Notes under the pieces: generated by a model
What the model was told of the DNA's origin: nothing
The model's database searches: none
What the model saw: the letters and a program-made list of their open reading frames with translations, nothing else
Assembly: GCA_050248995.1 (NCBI GenBank)
Contig: JBFWRI010000009.1
Span: forward strand, 746-64,745
Direction: 5' to 3'
Length of the DNA: 64,000 bases
From: Bdellovibrionales bacterium
GTDB lineage: Bacteria > Pseudomonadota > Alphaproteobacteria > JAIXQD01
Program-made: the position numbers and the translations under genes
Shown here: positions 39,289 to 49,364 of the stretch, piece by piece
How positions within the stretch are numbered: position 1 is the first letter of the stretch
How the letters are laid out: each line of letters opens with the position of its first letter

Positions 39289-40404
39289 ATGGCCGCCTAT
39301 ATCATTCGCCGTCTGCTGCTCATCATACCCACCTTGCTGGGCATTATGTTGTTGAACTTCCTGCTGGTTCAGCTCGCCCCGGGTGGCCCGGTCGAACAGA
39401 TGATCGCCAAGCTGCAGGGCCTTGATACCGCCGCCACAGCACGCATTGGCGGTGGAGGCAACGAAGCCGCTGGCGCCGCCACCAACATGGAGATGACAAC
39501 CGAAGCCGCCGCCACAGCATCCCGCTACAAAGGTGCGCAGGGCCTGGACCCGGAATTCATCGCTGAGCTTGAGAAAATGTACGGCTTCGACAAGCCGCCG
39601 GCCGAGCGCTTTTTCCTGATGCTGAAAAATTATGCCACGCTGGATTTCGGCACCAGTTACTTCCGCGATACGCCCGTGGTTGACCTTGTGCTGGAAAAAC
39701 TGCCGGTCTCGATCTCGCTGGGCCTCTGGACCACGCTTCTGGTTTACCTTGTCTCGATCCCGCTCGGTATCCGCAAAGCTACGCGCGATGGCAGCGCGTT
39801 CGACGTGTGGACATCGACGGTCATCGTCATCGGCTATGCCATCCCGGCCTTCATGTTCGCCATCGCCCTTATTATCGTCTTCGCTGGCGGCCGCTTCTTC
39901 GACTGGTTCCCGCTGCGCGGCCTGACGTCCGATAATTTCGCCGATCTGGCATGGTGGCAGCAGGTGGGCGATTACCTGTGGCACATCACCCTGCCCGTTC
40001 TGGCCATGGTCATCGGCGGCTTCGCCTCGCTGACATTCCTGACCAAGAATTCGTTCATCGAGGAAATCAACAAGCAATACGTGCTGACCGCACGCGCCAA
40101 GGGCCTACCCGAACGCAAGGTGCTATATGGCCACGTGTTCCGCAACGCGATGCTGATTGTTATCGCCGGCCTGCCGGCGGCCTTTATCGGCATCCTGTTC
40201 ACTAGTTCGCTGCTGATCGAGGTCGTGTTTTCGCTGGATGGCCTCGGCCTGCTCAGCTTTGAAGCCGCAATTGGCCGCGATTATCCTGTTCTGTTTGGCA
40301 CGTTGTTCATCTTCACGCTGATTGGCCTGCTGGTGAACCTGATTGGCGACATTATTTATATGCTGGTCGACCCCCGCATCAACTTCAACGCGGGGCAGCA
40401 ATGA
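39289..40404 (+). CDS. yejB: ABC peptide transporter permease (YejB/OppB-like)
   Basis: 371 aa, 6 TM, BPD_transp_1 core. Confidence 0.85.
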   Translation: MAAYIIRRLLLIIPTLLGIMLLNFLLVQLAPGGPVEQMIAKLQGLDTAATARIGGGGNEAAGAATNMEMTTEAAATASRYKGAQGLDPEFIAELEKMYGFDKPPAERFFLMLKNYATLDFGTSYFRDTPVVDLVLEKLPVSISLGLWTTLLVYLVSIPLGIRKATRDGSAFDVWTSTVIVIGYAIPAFMFAIALIIVFAGGRFFDWFPLRGLTSDNFADLAWWQQVGDYLWHITLPVLAMVIGGFASLTFLTKNSFIEEINKQYVLTARAKGLPERKVLYGHVFRNAMLIVIAGLPAAFIGILFTSSLLIEVVFSLDGLGLLSFEAAIGRDYPVLFGTLFIFTLIGLLVNLIGDIIYMLVDPRINFNAGQQ

Positions 40405-41462
40405 CGTCGCGTCTTTCCCCCTTGGCACAACGCCGCCTTGCCCAGTTCCGCGCCAACCGCCGTGGCCGCATCGCGCTGTGGATCGTGTGCATCATCTTCG
40501 CCATCACGCTGGTGGCCGAAGTGGTGGCGAACGATCGCCCCCTGCTGGTGAAATTCGACGGTGCCTATTATATGCCGCTGCTGAAGGACTACCCTGAAAC
40601 GCACTGGGGCGGCGATTTCCCGACGCCAACGAACTATCGCGACCCCTATGTGCAGGAACTGATCGCCGCCAAGGGCTGGGCCGTGTGGCCGCCTATCCCG
40701 TTCGCGGCGGAAACCATCAACTACAACCTGCCACAGCCTGCGCCCTCGCCGCCCGACTCCGTCAACTGGCTTGGCACCGACGACCAGGGGCGCGATGTTC
40801 TGGCGCGCCTTATCTACGGCCTGCGCCTGTCCATTCTGTTCGGGCTGACGCTGACGATACTGGCCAGCATCATCGGTGTTCTGGCGGGCGGCATCCAGGG
40901 CTTCTTCGGCGGCTGGGTTGATTTGCTAGGTCAGCGCTTCATCGAAATATGGTCCGGCCTGCCGGTGCTTTTTCTGCTGATTATCCTGTCGTCGCTGGTG
41001 CAGCCCAACTTCTTCTGGCTGCTGTTGCTGCTGCTGGTTTTCAGCTGGATGAACCTGACCGGCGTCGTGCGCGCTGAATTCTTGCGCGCACGCAACTTTG
41101 ATTATGTAAAAGCCGCCCGCGCCATGGGCATCAGCAATATCGTGATTGCCGTACGCCACGTGCTGCCGAATGCGATGGTGGCAACGCTGACATTCCTGCC
41201 GTTCCAGCTGACGGGTGCCATCACCACGCTGACGGCGCTGGATTTCCTTGGCTTCGGTATGCCACCCGGCACACCCAGCCTTGGCGAACTGCTGGCGCAG
41301 GGCAAAAACAACATCGAAGCGCCGTGGCTGGGCCTGACCGCGTTCCTCACGTTGTCGATCCTATTGTCGCTGCTAGTCTTTGTCGGCGAAGCTGTGCGCG
41401 ATGCGTTTGATCCACGCAAGACGAGCGCACGCGCGAGTGGTACAACAGGAGCGCGCAAATGA
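40401..41462 (+). CDS. yejE: ABC peptide transporter permease (YejE/OppC-like)
   Basis: 353 aa with an N-terminal OppC-type extension and the permease core. It overlaps its neighbours by 4 nt on each side. Confidence 0.85.
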   Translation: MTSRLSPLAQRRLAQFRANRRGRIALWIVCIIFAITLVAEVVANDRPLLVKFDGAYYMPLLKDYPETHWGGDFPTPTNYRDPYVQELIAAKGWAVWPPIPFAAETINYNLPQPAPSPPDSVNWLGTDDQGRDVLARLIYGLRLSILFGLTLTILASIIGVLAGGIQGFFGGWVDLLGQRFIEIWSGLPVLFLLIILSSLVQPNFFWLLLLLLVFSWMNLTGVVRAEFLRARNFDYVKAARAMGISNIVIAVRHVLPNAMVATLTFLPFQLTGAITTLTALDFLGFGMPPGTPSLGELLAQGKNNIEAPWLGLTAFLTLSILLSLLVFVGEAVRDAFDPRKTSARASGTTGARK

Positions 41463-43042
41463 GCCTCTTGTCAGTTTCCAACCTTGCCATCGCCTTCGGC
41501 AACACAACTGTGGTACACGACACGTCTTTTACGCTTGATAAGGGGCAAACGCTGGCCATTGTCGGCGAATCCGGCAGTGGCAAGTCGGTAACGGCACTGT
41601 CGATCATGGGTCTGCTGCCCGGCAATGCCCGCTGTACTGGCAGCGTGATGTTTAATGGCACCGAGATGCTAAACGCGCCGGAAACGGCGCTGCAGAAGTT
41701 CCGGGGTCATAGCGTTGCCATGATTTTCCAGGAGCCGATGACGGCTCTTAACCCGCTCCACACGGTTGAAAAGCAAATCGCCGAAATGCTGTGGCTGCAT
41801 AAAGGGCTGGAAGCCAAAGCGGCGCGCCCCGAAGTGCTGCGCCTGCTGCAGCGCGTCGGCATTCCCAACGCCGAACAGCGCCTGAAGGCCTACCCGCACG
41901 AACTGTCAGGCGGCCAGCGCCAGCGCGTGATGATTGCCATCGCTCTGGCCGCCGACCCCGATATCCTGATTGCCGACGAACCCACAACGGCGCTCGACGT
42001 AACAATTCAAGCGCAGATTCTTGACCTGCTGAAGGAGCTGCAACGCGAGCGCAATATGGCGTTGCTACTGATTACGCACGACCTACACATTGTGCGCAAG
42101 ATGGCCGCCAAGAAAGATGACAGGGTGGCCGTCATGCGCGACGGCGCGGTGGTTGAAAACGGCAGCTGCGCGCAAATCTTCGTTGCACCGCGCCATGAAT
42201 ACACAAAAATGCTGCTGGCGGCCGAACCTGATGGCGCGCCCGCACCGGTTGCGCCTGCAGCGCCGGTGGTTGTGCAGGCCAGGAACGTGCGCGTGCATTA
42301 CCCCATCAAAGCCGGCCTGTTGCGCCGTACGGTTGATGTTGTAAAAGCCGTTGAAGATATCTCGTTCACGCTGCACAGCGGTGAAACGCTGGGTATCGTC
42401 GGCGAATCCGGCAGTGGCAAATCATCGCTGGTGCAGGCGCTGTTGCGCCTCAATGCGTTTACCGGCGAAGTCAGCATTAACAACGAGCGATTTGACATGC
42501 TGCAGGGCCGCAAGCTGCGCGCCGCGCGCCGCAACGTGCAGATGGTGTTCCAGGATCCATTTGCCAGCCTGTCGCCGCGCATGTCGGTCGGCGATATCAT
42601 CCTTGAAGGGCCGCGCTGGCATGAACCGCACGCAACCAGGACCGAGCTGGAAGCCCGCCTGCTGGAAGCCATGGATACCGTGGGTCTGACGCCCGATATG
42701 GCGCACCGCTATCCGCATGAATTCAGCGGCGGCCAACGCCAGCGCATCGCCATTGCCCGCGCTCTGATCCTGCGGCCCAAGCTGCTGGTGCTGGACGAGC
42801 CCACCAGCGCGCTTGATCGCAGCGTGCAGAAACAGGTGCTGGACCTGCTGCGTGATGTGCAGGCCAAAACCGGCACCGCTTATCTGTTCATTAGCCATGA
42901 CCTTGCGGTTATCCGCGCCGTGTCGCATCGCGTGATTGTGATGAAAAACGGGGAAGTTGTGGAAGCCGGCGCCACCGCCGACGTGCTGCAGAACCCGAAA
43001 ACCGATTACACCAAGGCGCTGCTGGAAGCGGCGTTTGATTAA
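41459..43042 (+). CDS. yejF: ABC transporter ATPase with two fused ATP-binding cassettes (YejF-like)
   Basis: 527 aa with two Walker A motifs (GESGSGKS twice) and two LSGGQRQR signatures. Confidence 0.9.
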   Translation: MSLLSVSNLAIAFGNTTVVHDTSFTLDKGQTLAIVGESGSGKSVTALSIMGLLPGNARCTGSVMFNGTEMLNAPETALQKFRGHSVAMIFQEPMTALNPLHTVEKQIAEMLWLHKGLEAKAARPEVLRLLQRVGIPNAEQRLKAYPHELSGGQRQRVMIAIALAADPDILIADEPTTALDVTIQAQILDLLKELQRERNMALLLITHDLHIVRKMAAKKDDRVAVMRDGAVVENGSCAQIFVAPRHEYTKMLLAAEPDGAPAPVAPAAPVVVQARNVRVHYPIKAGLLRRTVDVVKAVEDISFTLHSGETLGIVGESGSGKSSLVQALLRLNAFTGEVSINNERFDMLQGRKLRAARRNVQMVFQDPFASLSPRMSVGDIILEGPRWHEPHATRTELEARLLEAMDTVGLTPDMAHRYPHEFSGGQRQRIAIARALILRPKLLVLDEPTSALDRSVQKQVLDLLRDVQAKTGTAYLFISHDLAVIRAVSHRVIVMKNGEVVEAGATADVLQNPKTDYTKALLEAAFD

Positions 43043-43842
43043 ATCTTCCCAAACGGCACGATCTTATTCTCGGCATCATGGCCAATATCGGCGCGGCCAA
43101 GGTACGGAATTCCGGTCTTTTTACACCAACGTTCAACAATTTGTTCGGGCGTTTCGCCAAAGTCATGTTCGTTATCGGGGATGGCGCTAACGCGGCCCAG
43201 CCGGATGCCCGCCACGCCCTTCATGCGCGGTGCATTCATGATGCCGAACATCGCGCGGTCGATGGCATACAGGTGCTCGCCCACTTCTTCCAGCATCACA
43301 ACATGCCCGTCGAGCTTGGGCATCCACGGCGTAGCGGCAAGGTTTGCCAGAATCTGTATGGTGAAAGCGGCATGCGGCAACCCGTCGTTGCAGCTGCCTT
43401 CAAGCCCACTACCATCAAGAAAATAGCCGATGGCGCGCTGCACGGCGGCATCGCTGCCATAATCGCCATCCATCGTCATCGGGCCATGCACGCACTTGCC
43501 GATACCGTTCTTGTACAGCGCTGCCAGCATAAAGCCCGCGTCACTGTACCCAAGGTATGTCTTGTTGCGGGCGTTGTCGTTCAGCTGCGGCAGGACATCA
43601 TCGACGATACGGCAAACGCCGTAACCACCGCGCGCAAACCACACCGCGCTGTAGTCCGGGCTGTTGGCAGCTTCAATGAATGCAGCGGCACGCGCTGCGT
43701 CAGGGCCGGCAAAATGGCCGTGACGCTGCGTGGCCAACGGGTGATAATCGATCGATAGACCGCGCGCAGCCGCCATGGCCGTTACAGAGGCCGGGATATC
43801 GGCTTTTACCGGGCAGCTGGGCGCAACAACAGCGATTTTCAT
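43039..43842 (-). CDS. ldcA: S66-family LD-carboxypeptidase (LdcA / MccF-like)
   Basis: 267 aa with Ser-nucleophile region GYSDAG and C-terminal His/Glu region characteristic of peptidase S66. Confidence 0.75.
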   Translation of the reverse strand: MKIAVVAPSCPVKADIPASVTAMAAARGLSIDYHPLATQRHGHFAGPDAARAAAFIEAANSPDYSAVWFARGGYGVCRIVDDVLPQLNDNARNKTYLGYSDAGFMLAALYKNGIGKCVHGPMTMDGDYGSDAAVQRAIGYFLDGSGLEGSCNDGLPHAAFTIQILANLAATPWMPKLDGHVVMLEEVGEHLYAIDRAMFGIMNAPRMKGVAGIRLGRVSAIPDNEHDFGETPEQIVERWCKKTGIPYLGRADIGHDAENKIVPFGKI

Positions 43843-43893
43843 CCACAGACCTTTTCGGTTGCCATATTGTTCTTATCCTTATAGCTTCGAAAC

Positions 43894-45309
43894 ATGAATC
43901 GAGACAGACCCTATTTCTTCTGTGGCATAGGCGGCAGCGGTATGATGCCACTGGCGTTAACGCTAAAGGAAAAGGGCTGTGATGTGGAAGGCTCTGATCG
44001 CTCGCTGGATCAGGGCCGCACCAAAAGCAAGTTCAGTTTCCTGCGCGATAACGGTATCAAACTGCACGCGCAGGACGGCAGCGGGCTGACGAACGCCAGC
44101 CAGATTCTGGTCACTTCGGCCGCTGTCGAGGAGAGCGTGCCCGACGTGGTAAAAGCGCGCGAGCTGGGATGCGAGATCGTCACTCGCGCCCAGCTACTGG
44201 CCAGCCTGTTCAACGCCGCGCCCTATAACATCGCAGTCGCTGGCACCAGCGGTAAGTCAACCGTCACCGGCATGATCGGCTGGATTCTGCACAGTGTCGG
44301 GCGCGAACCTACCGTGATGAATGGCGCCGTGATGAAGAACTTCGTCACCGATGATGTGCCGTTCGCCAGCGCCCTTGTTGGCAGTGACGACCTGATGGTG
44401 GCCGAAGTCGATGAAAGCGACGGCTCGATCGCCTATTACAACCCGCACATCGCCGTGCTGAATAACATCGCATTCGACCACAAGCCGCTGGACGAGCTGC
44501 GCCAGCTGTTCGGCGACTTCGTGAAGCGCTCGGAATTCGCCATCCTGAATTTGGATAATCCCGATACAGCCGCGCTGGCTGGCCAGTTGTCACCCGAAAA
44601 GGAATTCACCTTCAGCCTTGATAACCCCAAGGCCGATCTTGTCGCCAGCGAGATCGTGCCGTCGGCCGAGGGCATATCCTTCAAGGTCACCAACAACCGC
44701 AACGGCAAGACATGGCCCGTCAGCCTGGTGATTCCGGGCCGCCATAACGTCGCCAACGCGCTGGCTGCCATGGCCGCCACGCTGGCCTATGACGTTCTGG
44801 TGCGCGATGCCGCCGACGCCCTGAACAAGTTCAAGGGTATCCGCCGCCGGCTGGAACTGATCGGCACGGCGGGCGGCGTCACCATCATCGATGATTTCGC
44901 CCATAACCCCGACAAGATCAACGCCATGATGCAGACGCTGCACCAGTTTCCGGGCCGCGTGCTGGTGATGTTCCAGCCGCACGGTTTCGGGCCCCTGCGC
45001 CTGATGCGCAAGGAGCTGGTGCAAACCTTTATCGATAACCTGCGTCCCGATGACGTGCTGCTGATGCCCGACCCGGTCTATTACGGTGGCACCACAAACC
45101 GCACCGTCACCAGCGTTGATCTGGTGAACGATATCACGGCCGCCGGGCGAAACGCCATTTACTGCACCGACCGCGATGCCTGCGGCGACAAGCTGGTGGA
45201 TATCGTGCAGCCCGGCGACCGTATCGTGGTGATGGGCGCCCGCGACGATACCCTGCCCCAGTTCGCCCGCGAGCTGCTGGACCGCATTGAAAAGCGCGCC
45301 GCCGCCTGA
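43894..45309 (+). CDS. mpl: UDP-N-acetylmuramate:L-alanyl-gamma-D-glutamyl-meso-DAP ligase (murein peptide ligase)
   Basis: 471 aa Mur-ligase fold: Rossmann N-terminus FFCGIGGSGM, P-loop VAGTSGKSTVTGM, and a C-terminal Mur ligase domain. Closest in length and architecture to Mpl/MurC. Confidence 0.75.
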   Translation: MNRDRPYFFCGIGGSGMMPLALTLKEKGCDVEGSDRSLDQGRTKSKFSFLRDNGIKLHAQDGSGLTNASQILVTSAAVEESVPDVVKARELGCEIVTRAQLLASLFNAAPYNIAVAGTSGKSTVTGMIGWILHSVGREPTVMNGAVMKNFVTDDVPFASALVGSDDLMVAEVDESDGSIAYYNPHIAVLNNIAFDHKPLDELRQLFGDFVKRSEFAILNLDNPDTAALAGQLSPEKEFTFSLDNPKADLVASEIVPSAEGISFKVTNNRNGKTWPVSLVIPGRHNVANALAAMAATLAYDVLVRDAADALNKFKGIRRRLELIGTAGGVTIIDDFAHNPDKINAMMQTLHQFPGRVLVMFQPHGFGPLRLMRKELVQTFIDNLRPDDVLLMPDPVYYGGTTNRTVTSVDLVNDITAAGRNAIYCTDRDACGDKLVDIVQPGDRIVVMGARDDTLPQFARELLDRIEKRAAA

Positions 45310-45381
45310 ACACTTGCAAATGCAAGCAACCACTTAGGCTGCAATTAACCTAAAACTATCTATTTTCAATATAATTGAAGG

Positions 45382-45951
45382 ATGAACGCGCCTTACAACC
45401 GCCAATACAGCATTGCCTTGCTGTCGCATTACATTGCCGCGCTGGAAAATGCCGACCGGTTTTCCATTTCAAACCTCGTCATGTTTAACGGCGAGAAGCA
45501 GGGTCTTTTTAAACGGCTGCAACATGATGTTGCCGAGGCTCCTACAAAAACCCATTTGGTCTATCTTTCCCGGGAACTGTCCGGCAGCCAGCACCTTCAC
45601 GCCGTCGCTCTTTCTATTGACCCTTCAACAAGGGCTATCAGCTTCCAGGACCCCTATGGCACGAAGGCAGACGCTGAAATGCGCGAAGCACTTGAGAAAA
45701 CCTTCCCAGGCTTCTCTTTTACCGACTCGGCCGGACAACAGCAGTATGACGCCACCAGTTGCGCAGTTATTACCGTCGACAATCTTGTCCGTATGGCCCG
45801 GGGGATCCCCCTACAGGAACGGCCTGACGTAGCAGCGCTTTGTGCAGCACATGCTCGTGATCTTGATCCAGCGACGATCCTAACACCCAAGCAGGCCAAC
45901 CCCTTTGTACCCCGGGATAGAAGCCGGAAGTTCGACATAACTAGCTGCTAA
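45382..45951 (+). CDS. CE-clan (Ulp1/adenain/YopJ superfamily) cysteine protease-like protein, a candidate deubiquitinase/deSUMOylase-type effector
   Basis: 189 aa. The His-Asp region HLHAVALSIDPSTRAISFQDPYG parallels Ulp1 HWALGIIDLKKKTIGYVDSL. The Gln-Cys region GQQQYDATSCAVITV parallels Ulp1 QQPNGYDCGIYV, giving the CE-clan catalytic order H-D-Q-C. Lower GC than its neighbours, with an AT-rich upstream spacer. Confidence 0.5.
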   Translation: MNAPYNRQYSIALLSHYIAALENADRFSISNLVMFNGEKQGLFKRLQHDVAEAPTKTHLVYLSRELSGSQHLHAVALSIDPSTRAISFQDPYGTKADAEMREALEKTFPGFSFTDSAGQQQYDATSCAVITVDNLVRMARGIPLQERPDVAALCAAHARDLDPATILTPKQANPFVPRDRSRKFDITSC

Positions 45952-45958
45952 AGCAAAA

Positions 45959-45988
45959 ACGCCGCCTGAAAAGGCGGCGTTTTGTATT
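45959..45988. terminator. bidirectional rho-independent terminator (ACGCCGCC-TGAAAA-GGCGGCGT followed by TTTGTATT, with an A-run on the other side)
   Basis: Perfect 8-bp GC stem between convergent genes. Confidence 0.65.
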
Positions 45989-46004
45989 CTGTATCGAACG
46001 CTGA

Positions 46005-46424
46005 TTAAGCGGCGACTTCGTCGCTGAAATCCTCGCCGCCCATATCTTCGTCGAACATGGTGAGGATATCGTCCTTGATGGTCTCGTTCTGCACGGTGTT
46101 TTGTGCCTGCTTGATCATCGTCGCGAAATCGGTCAGGTAGACGCTGCCTTTCATGGTGCGCTGGACGATCACGTTGCGGCGGTCTTCGTCGTCGCGCTTG
46201 CGGCGGATAAAGCCCAGCTCGCCCAGGCGGTCCAGGGCACGGCTGATGGCCGGCTTCGAGATATTCAGTTCAGCGGCCAGGCCACGAACCGTGTGTTGCT
46301 TGTCTGAAAGGTAAACCGTCAGCATCAAAGCCATTTGGCGTGCGGAAAGATCCGGGGCGTCGCTGCGAACTGATGCCACCAGAGCGTTACGCCACAGGGC
46401 CAATGCTTGCAAATCCGATGACAT
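46005..46424 (-). CDS. MarR-family transcriptional regulator
   Basis: Winged-helix MarR core (LSARQMALMLTVYL...HTVRGLAAELNISKPAISRALDRLGELGFIRRKRDDEDRRNVIVQRT). Confidence 0.8.
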   Translation of the reverse strand: MSSDLQALALWRNALVASVRSDAPDLSARQMALMLTVYLSDKQHTVRGLAAELNISKPAISRALDRLGELGFIRRKRDDEDRRNVIVQRTMKGSVYLTDFATMIKQAQNTVQNETIKDDILTMFDEDMGGEDFSDEVAA

Positions 46425-46497
46425 TTCGTGCTCCTTTTCCTGAGACGCCTCTCGGCGCCACTCCCTTTCCAATAGCGCAACATGCGCCGGTGGAAAA

Positions 46498-46511
46498 GGT
46501 TAAATTTAACC
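46498..46511. promoter_or_regulatory. perfect 14-bp palindrome GGTTAAATTTAACC upstream of the marR-family gene; candidate MarR operator
   Basis: Perfect dyad about 75 bp upstream of the chosen marR start. Confidence 0.35.
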
Positions 46512-46612
46512 ATCATATTAAAGCCGATTATCCGCTTGCCAAGATGATTCTTTATTTTCCTAAGGAAATACGGTAGCGGAGCCTTTAAGTTTCTTAAAAT
46601 TAACCACTTTTT

Positions 46613-46864
46613 CTAATCTACCTCTGGGGTACAGCGCACGCTGACAGCCTGTCCAGCACCCTCAACCATACAGAAGCTAACCTGCCCCGTGCCGTTGTTG
46701 ACCCGAAATACCCCCACGTTGGCGGTCTCATTGCTGTGGGCTACCAGGGTATAGGGCCCCGTACGCTGGGCCTCGGCCGGCTGGTAAAAGGCTACAAGAG
46801 CCACAACCGTCAGGGCCAACAGGGTCGCATAAAAAGGCAGGTTTTTCTGGATGGCAGGACGCAT
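46613..46864 (-). CDS. small secreted protein
   Basis: Start chosen at MRPAIQKNLPFYATLLALTVVALVAF (signal peptide / N-terminal anchor); about 83 aa. Confidence 0.4.
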   Translation of the reverse strand: MRPAIQKNLPFYATLLALTVVALVAFYQPAEAQRTGPYTLVAHSNETANVGVFRVNNGTGQVSFCMVEGAGQAVSVRCTPEVD

Positions 46865-46975
46865 CGCAATCTCCTTTGATTTCAGGCAGGTTAGCATGCG
46901 TTTTCAGATTCTCTAAGGGGGTCGGGCCATTAATCGTCCGGCATTTTATGGAAGATTAGCAAAATCTTTGCCCCG

Positions 46976-47602
46976 ATGGCGTTTAGTAAAGAAATGCCGC
47001 GTTTTGCCGTCTTCCACACGTCAAATCATGTGAAATGCCCTCAGGTTATCCTGAATCGGGCTGACACTAACGGCAATCCTGTCGAACTGAAGGCGCGCGT
47101 CGAACTTATCGATTTCCCCCACGAACTGGCCCTGCTGCAGCACATCGCCGCAGCCGCAAAGCCGCCCCTCGCCTACATGATTTTCGCCGATGATGTGCCC
47201 GACACCCATATTCTTGCTTTGTGCGGCGATGACCACGATTTGCATCTGACCATCCTTGCCGGAAAAGTTGTGTCCAAAACGCATCACGATAACCGCCTGC
47301 GCAGCAAAGCGTTGGTCACGGTTGGCAGCCGCGTCTTCCGCGCCCGCGCATCCGATATCGTGTATGCGCTTGATGATGTGAAAAAGCTGAAAACGTTGAA
47401 GCGCCTGCATAACCATAATTCGCTCACCACACCGCGCCCGTTCGTGCGCGGCGAAATATCAGCGCCGCTGACCATGCGCTATATCGAAGGGTTCTATGCT
47501 TACACACGGCGCCAATTGCCATGGCGGCGCCCGGCCGTCCAGCAGCCCCAGACATCCACAGCCGACATCAGCACAGAAGCTGCCAGCCCAGCCTTAGTCT
47601 AG
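46976..47602 (+). CDS. hypothetical protein
   Basis: 208-aa ORF with no confident motif. A 131-aa antisense ORF (47021-47416) is the alternative reading. Confidence 0.3.
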   Translation: MAFSKEMPRFAVFHTSNHVKCPQVILNRADTNGNPVELKARVELIDFPHELALLQHIAAAAKPPLAYMIFADDVPDTHILALCGDDHDLHLTILAGKVVSKTHHDNRLRSKALVTVGSRVFRARASDIVYALDDVKKLKTLKRLHNHNSLTTPRPFVRGEISAPLTMRYIEGFYAYTRRQLPWRRPAVQQPQTSTADISTEAASPALV

Positions 47603-47763
47603 ACGTCGTGCCACGCTGGCCACCAGCAGCGGCACGCCTTCTTTTACCGGGAACGCCAGTTTTGCTGCACGCGACACCAGCTCCTGTTTAGCCGCATCAT
47701 ATTCCAGTGCGGTTTTCGTCACTGGGCATACCAGCAGCGCCAACATTTCAGCATTCGGCTTCA

Positions 47764-48447
47764 TCAGTGCTTGGCCCCGTCGTTATCATGACCTGCCGTC
47801 ACGCTGCGCGACGCCATATCCAGCAGCGCCAGCAGCAGGTCGAACCGGCCAGCCAGGTCTTTTGCTTCCAGCAACGCCTGCTTTTCCGTGGGCGTGAACG
47901 GGCACGACGTAGCGACAGCTGTCACCAGTTTTTCGGGCGACAGCTCATCAATGGTTTCCCAGTTCGCCAGAATGCCGTGCAGCTTGAAATAGGGGCGCAG
48001 CTTGGTAATCAGCTTTTCGCGGCTGAAAAATGGCGTCTTCTCCTCGGCTATTGTCAGGTCGGTTTTATAATCATCCCAAACCGGTACCACCCGGCGGTAA
48101 CCGCGCGTTGTCGGCAGCTCTTCGGCGACCGTAAAGCGGATAATGCCTTCCAGTGTCATCAGGTAACGGTGATCCTCGGTTTCGGCAAACGCCACAACAC
48201 GGCCGGCGCAACCCACGCGGTACAGCGTGTTGTCGCCGTCGGTCTCGGTTTGCGGCTGGATCATGCCAATCAGGCGCCCCGTGGAAGTCATCGGGCCCAG
48301 GGCATCGTCCACCATCGCCATATAACGCGGCTCGAAGATATTCAGCGGCAGGCGCCCCCGCGGCAGCAACAACGCGCCCGACAGCGGAAACACCGGCAAC
48401 GTGGCCGGCAGGCTGTCGAACGTGGGCAAAAAGTGGCGCTCCATCAT
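47764..48447 (-). CDS. LON N-terminal substrate-binding domain protein (no ATPase or protease domain)
   Basis: 227 aa. PLFPLSGALLLPRGRLPLNIFEPRYMAMV is the LON-N signature. It is adjacent to a YbbN-like thioredoxin gene, as is common in alphaproteobacteria. Confidence 0.75.
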   Translation of the reverse strand: MMERHFLPTFDSLPATLPVFPLSGALLLPRGRLPLNIFEPRYMAMVDDALGPMTSTGRLIGMIQPQTETDGDNTLYRVGCAGRVVAFAETEDHRYLMTLEGIIRFTVAEELPTTRGYRRVVPVWDDYKTDLTIAEEKTPFFSREKLITKLRPYFKLHGILANWETIDELSPEKLVTAVATSCPFTPTEKQALLEAKDLAGRFDLLLALLDMASRSVTAGHDNDGAKH

Positions 48448-49355
48448 ATAAAAATAATCTCTGATAAGCGGCGGCGAATGGCTTTGCTGCGCGGGTCTTC
48501 CAGGCCAATCGTCTGGCAGATTTTCAGCAACTGTTTGCGCGCCGCATCATCATTCCAGTCGCGCTGCTGCTTCATAATCGCAAACAGGTTATCGGCTGCG
48601 CCTTCCACATCACCGGCGGCGAACTGCGCGTTGGCAAGGTCAAAGCGCTTGGCGTTATCCGCAGGGTTGGCAGCCACGGCCTTCTGCAAATCATCCAGCG
48701 GGCCCGCCGCGGCCGATTGCTCGGCCAGCTCGACAGCGCTTTGCAGGGCCGGGAAATCCTTGTGCTTTTTCACATCGTCCGGCAGGTCGGCAATAACCGC
48801 CTTCACGTTTTCCACGTTGCCGCGCAATAGCTGCACGCGCAGCAGGCCGATTTGCGCAACGGCTTCGCTGGGTATGGCGTTGATGATATCGGCATAGATC
48901 GCTTCAGCCATATCCAGCTGGCCGGCGGTCAGTGCAGCGGCCGCTTCGGCATAAATGGGCGTCAGGTCGGGGGTGCCGCCACCGCCAAGCTTGGCCAGTT
49001 TCTCAATGAACTGCTTCAGCTGGCTTTCCGGCAATGCGCCCTGAAAGGCGTCAACCGGCTGGCCCTGAAAGAATGCGAAAACAGTCGGCACCGACTGCAC
49101 GCGCATCTGCGCGGCCAACTGCTGGTTTTTGTCGATATCAATCTTTACCAGCTTCACCTTGCCGTTTTGCGCCGCAACCAGCCTTTCCAGCAATGGTGTT
49201 AAGGTTTTGCAGGGCCCGCACCACGGTGCCCAGAAATCGACGATAACCGGCGCGCTAACAGACGCCTGAATGACGTCTTCCATAAAAGTGGCCGTGCTGC
49301 CGTCGATGATGGCGGCATTGCTACTGGGCGGGGGAACATTAAGGGCTGGATTCAT
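48444..49355 (-). CDS. thioredoxin-domain protein with a C-terminal TPR-like region (YbbN/CnoX-like co-chaperone)
   Basis: 303 aa with thioredoxin motif WAPWCGPCK followed by a helical repeat domain. Confidence 0.8.
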   Translation of the reverse strand: MNPALNVPPPSSNAAIIDGSTATFMEDVIQASVSAPVIVDFWAPWCGPCKTLTPLLERLVAAQNGKVKLVKIDIDKNQQLAAQMRVQSVPTVFAFFQGQPVDAFQGALPESQLKQFIEKLAKLGGGGTPDLTPIYAEAAAALTAGQLDMAEAIYADIINAIPSEAVAQIGLLRVQLLRGNVENVKAVIADLPDDVKKHKDFPALQSAVELAEQSAAAGPLDDLQKAVAANPADNAKRFDLANAQFAAGDVEGAADNLFAIMKQQRDWNDDAARKQLLKICQTIGLEDPRSKAIRRRLSEIIFI

Positions 49356-49364
49356 GCTGGTAAT

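Noticed and set aside
47021-47416. 131-aa minus-strand ORF with a faint metallophosphoesterase-like GHIIGENH stretch
   Set aside because: It overlaps the longer 208-aa plus ORF completely. The motif match is weak and out of order for calcineurin-like phosphoesterases. I cannot tell which strand codes without codon statistics or homology search, so only the longer ORF is listed, at low confidence.
47707-48897. 396-aa Arg/Ala/Gln-rich plus-strand ORF
   Set aside because: Antisense to the LON-N-domain and thioredoxin genes, which have clear domain signatures. Its composition is typical of out-of-frame high-GC sequence.
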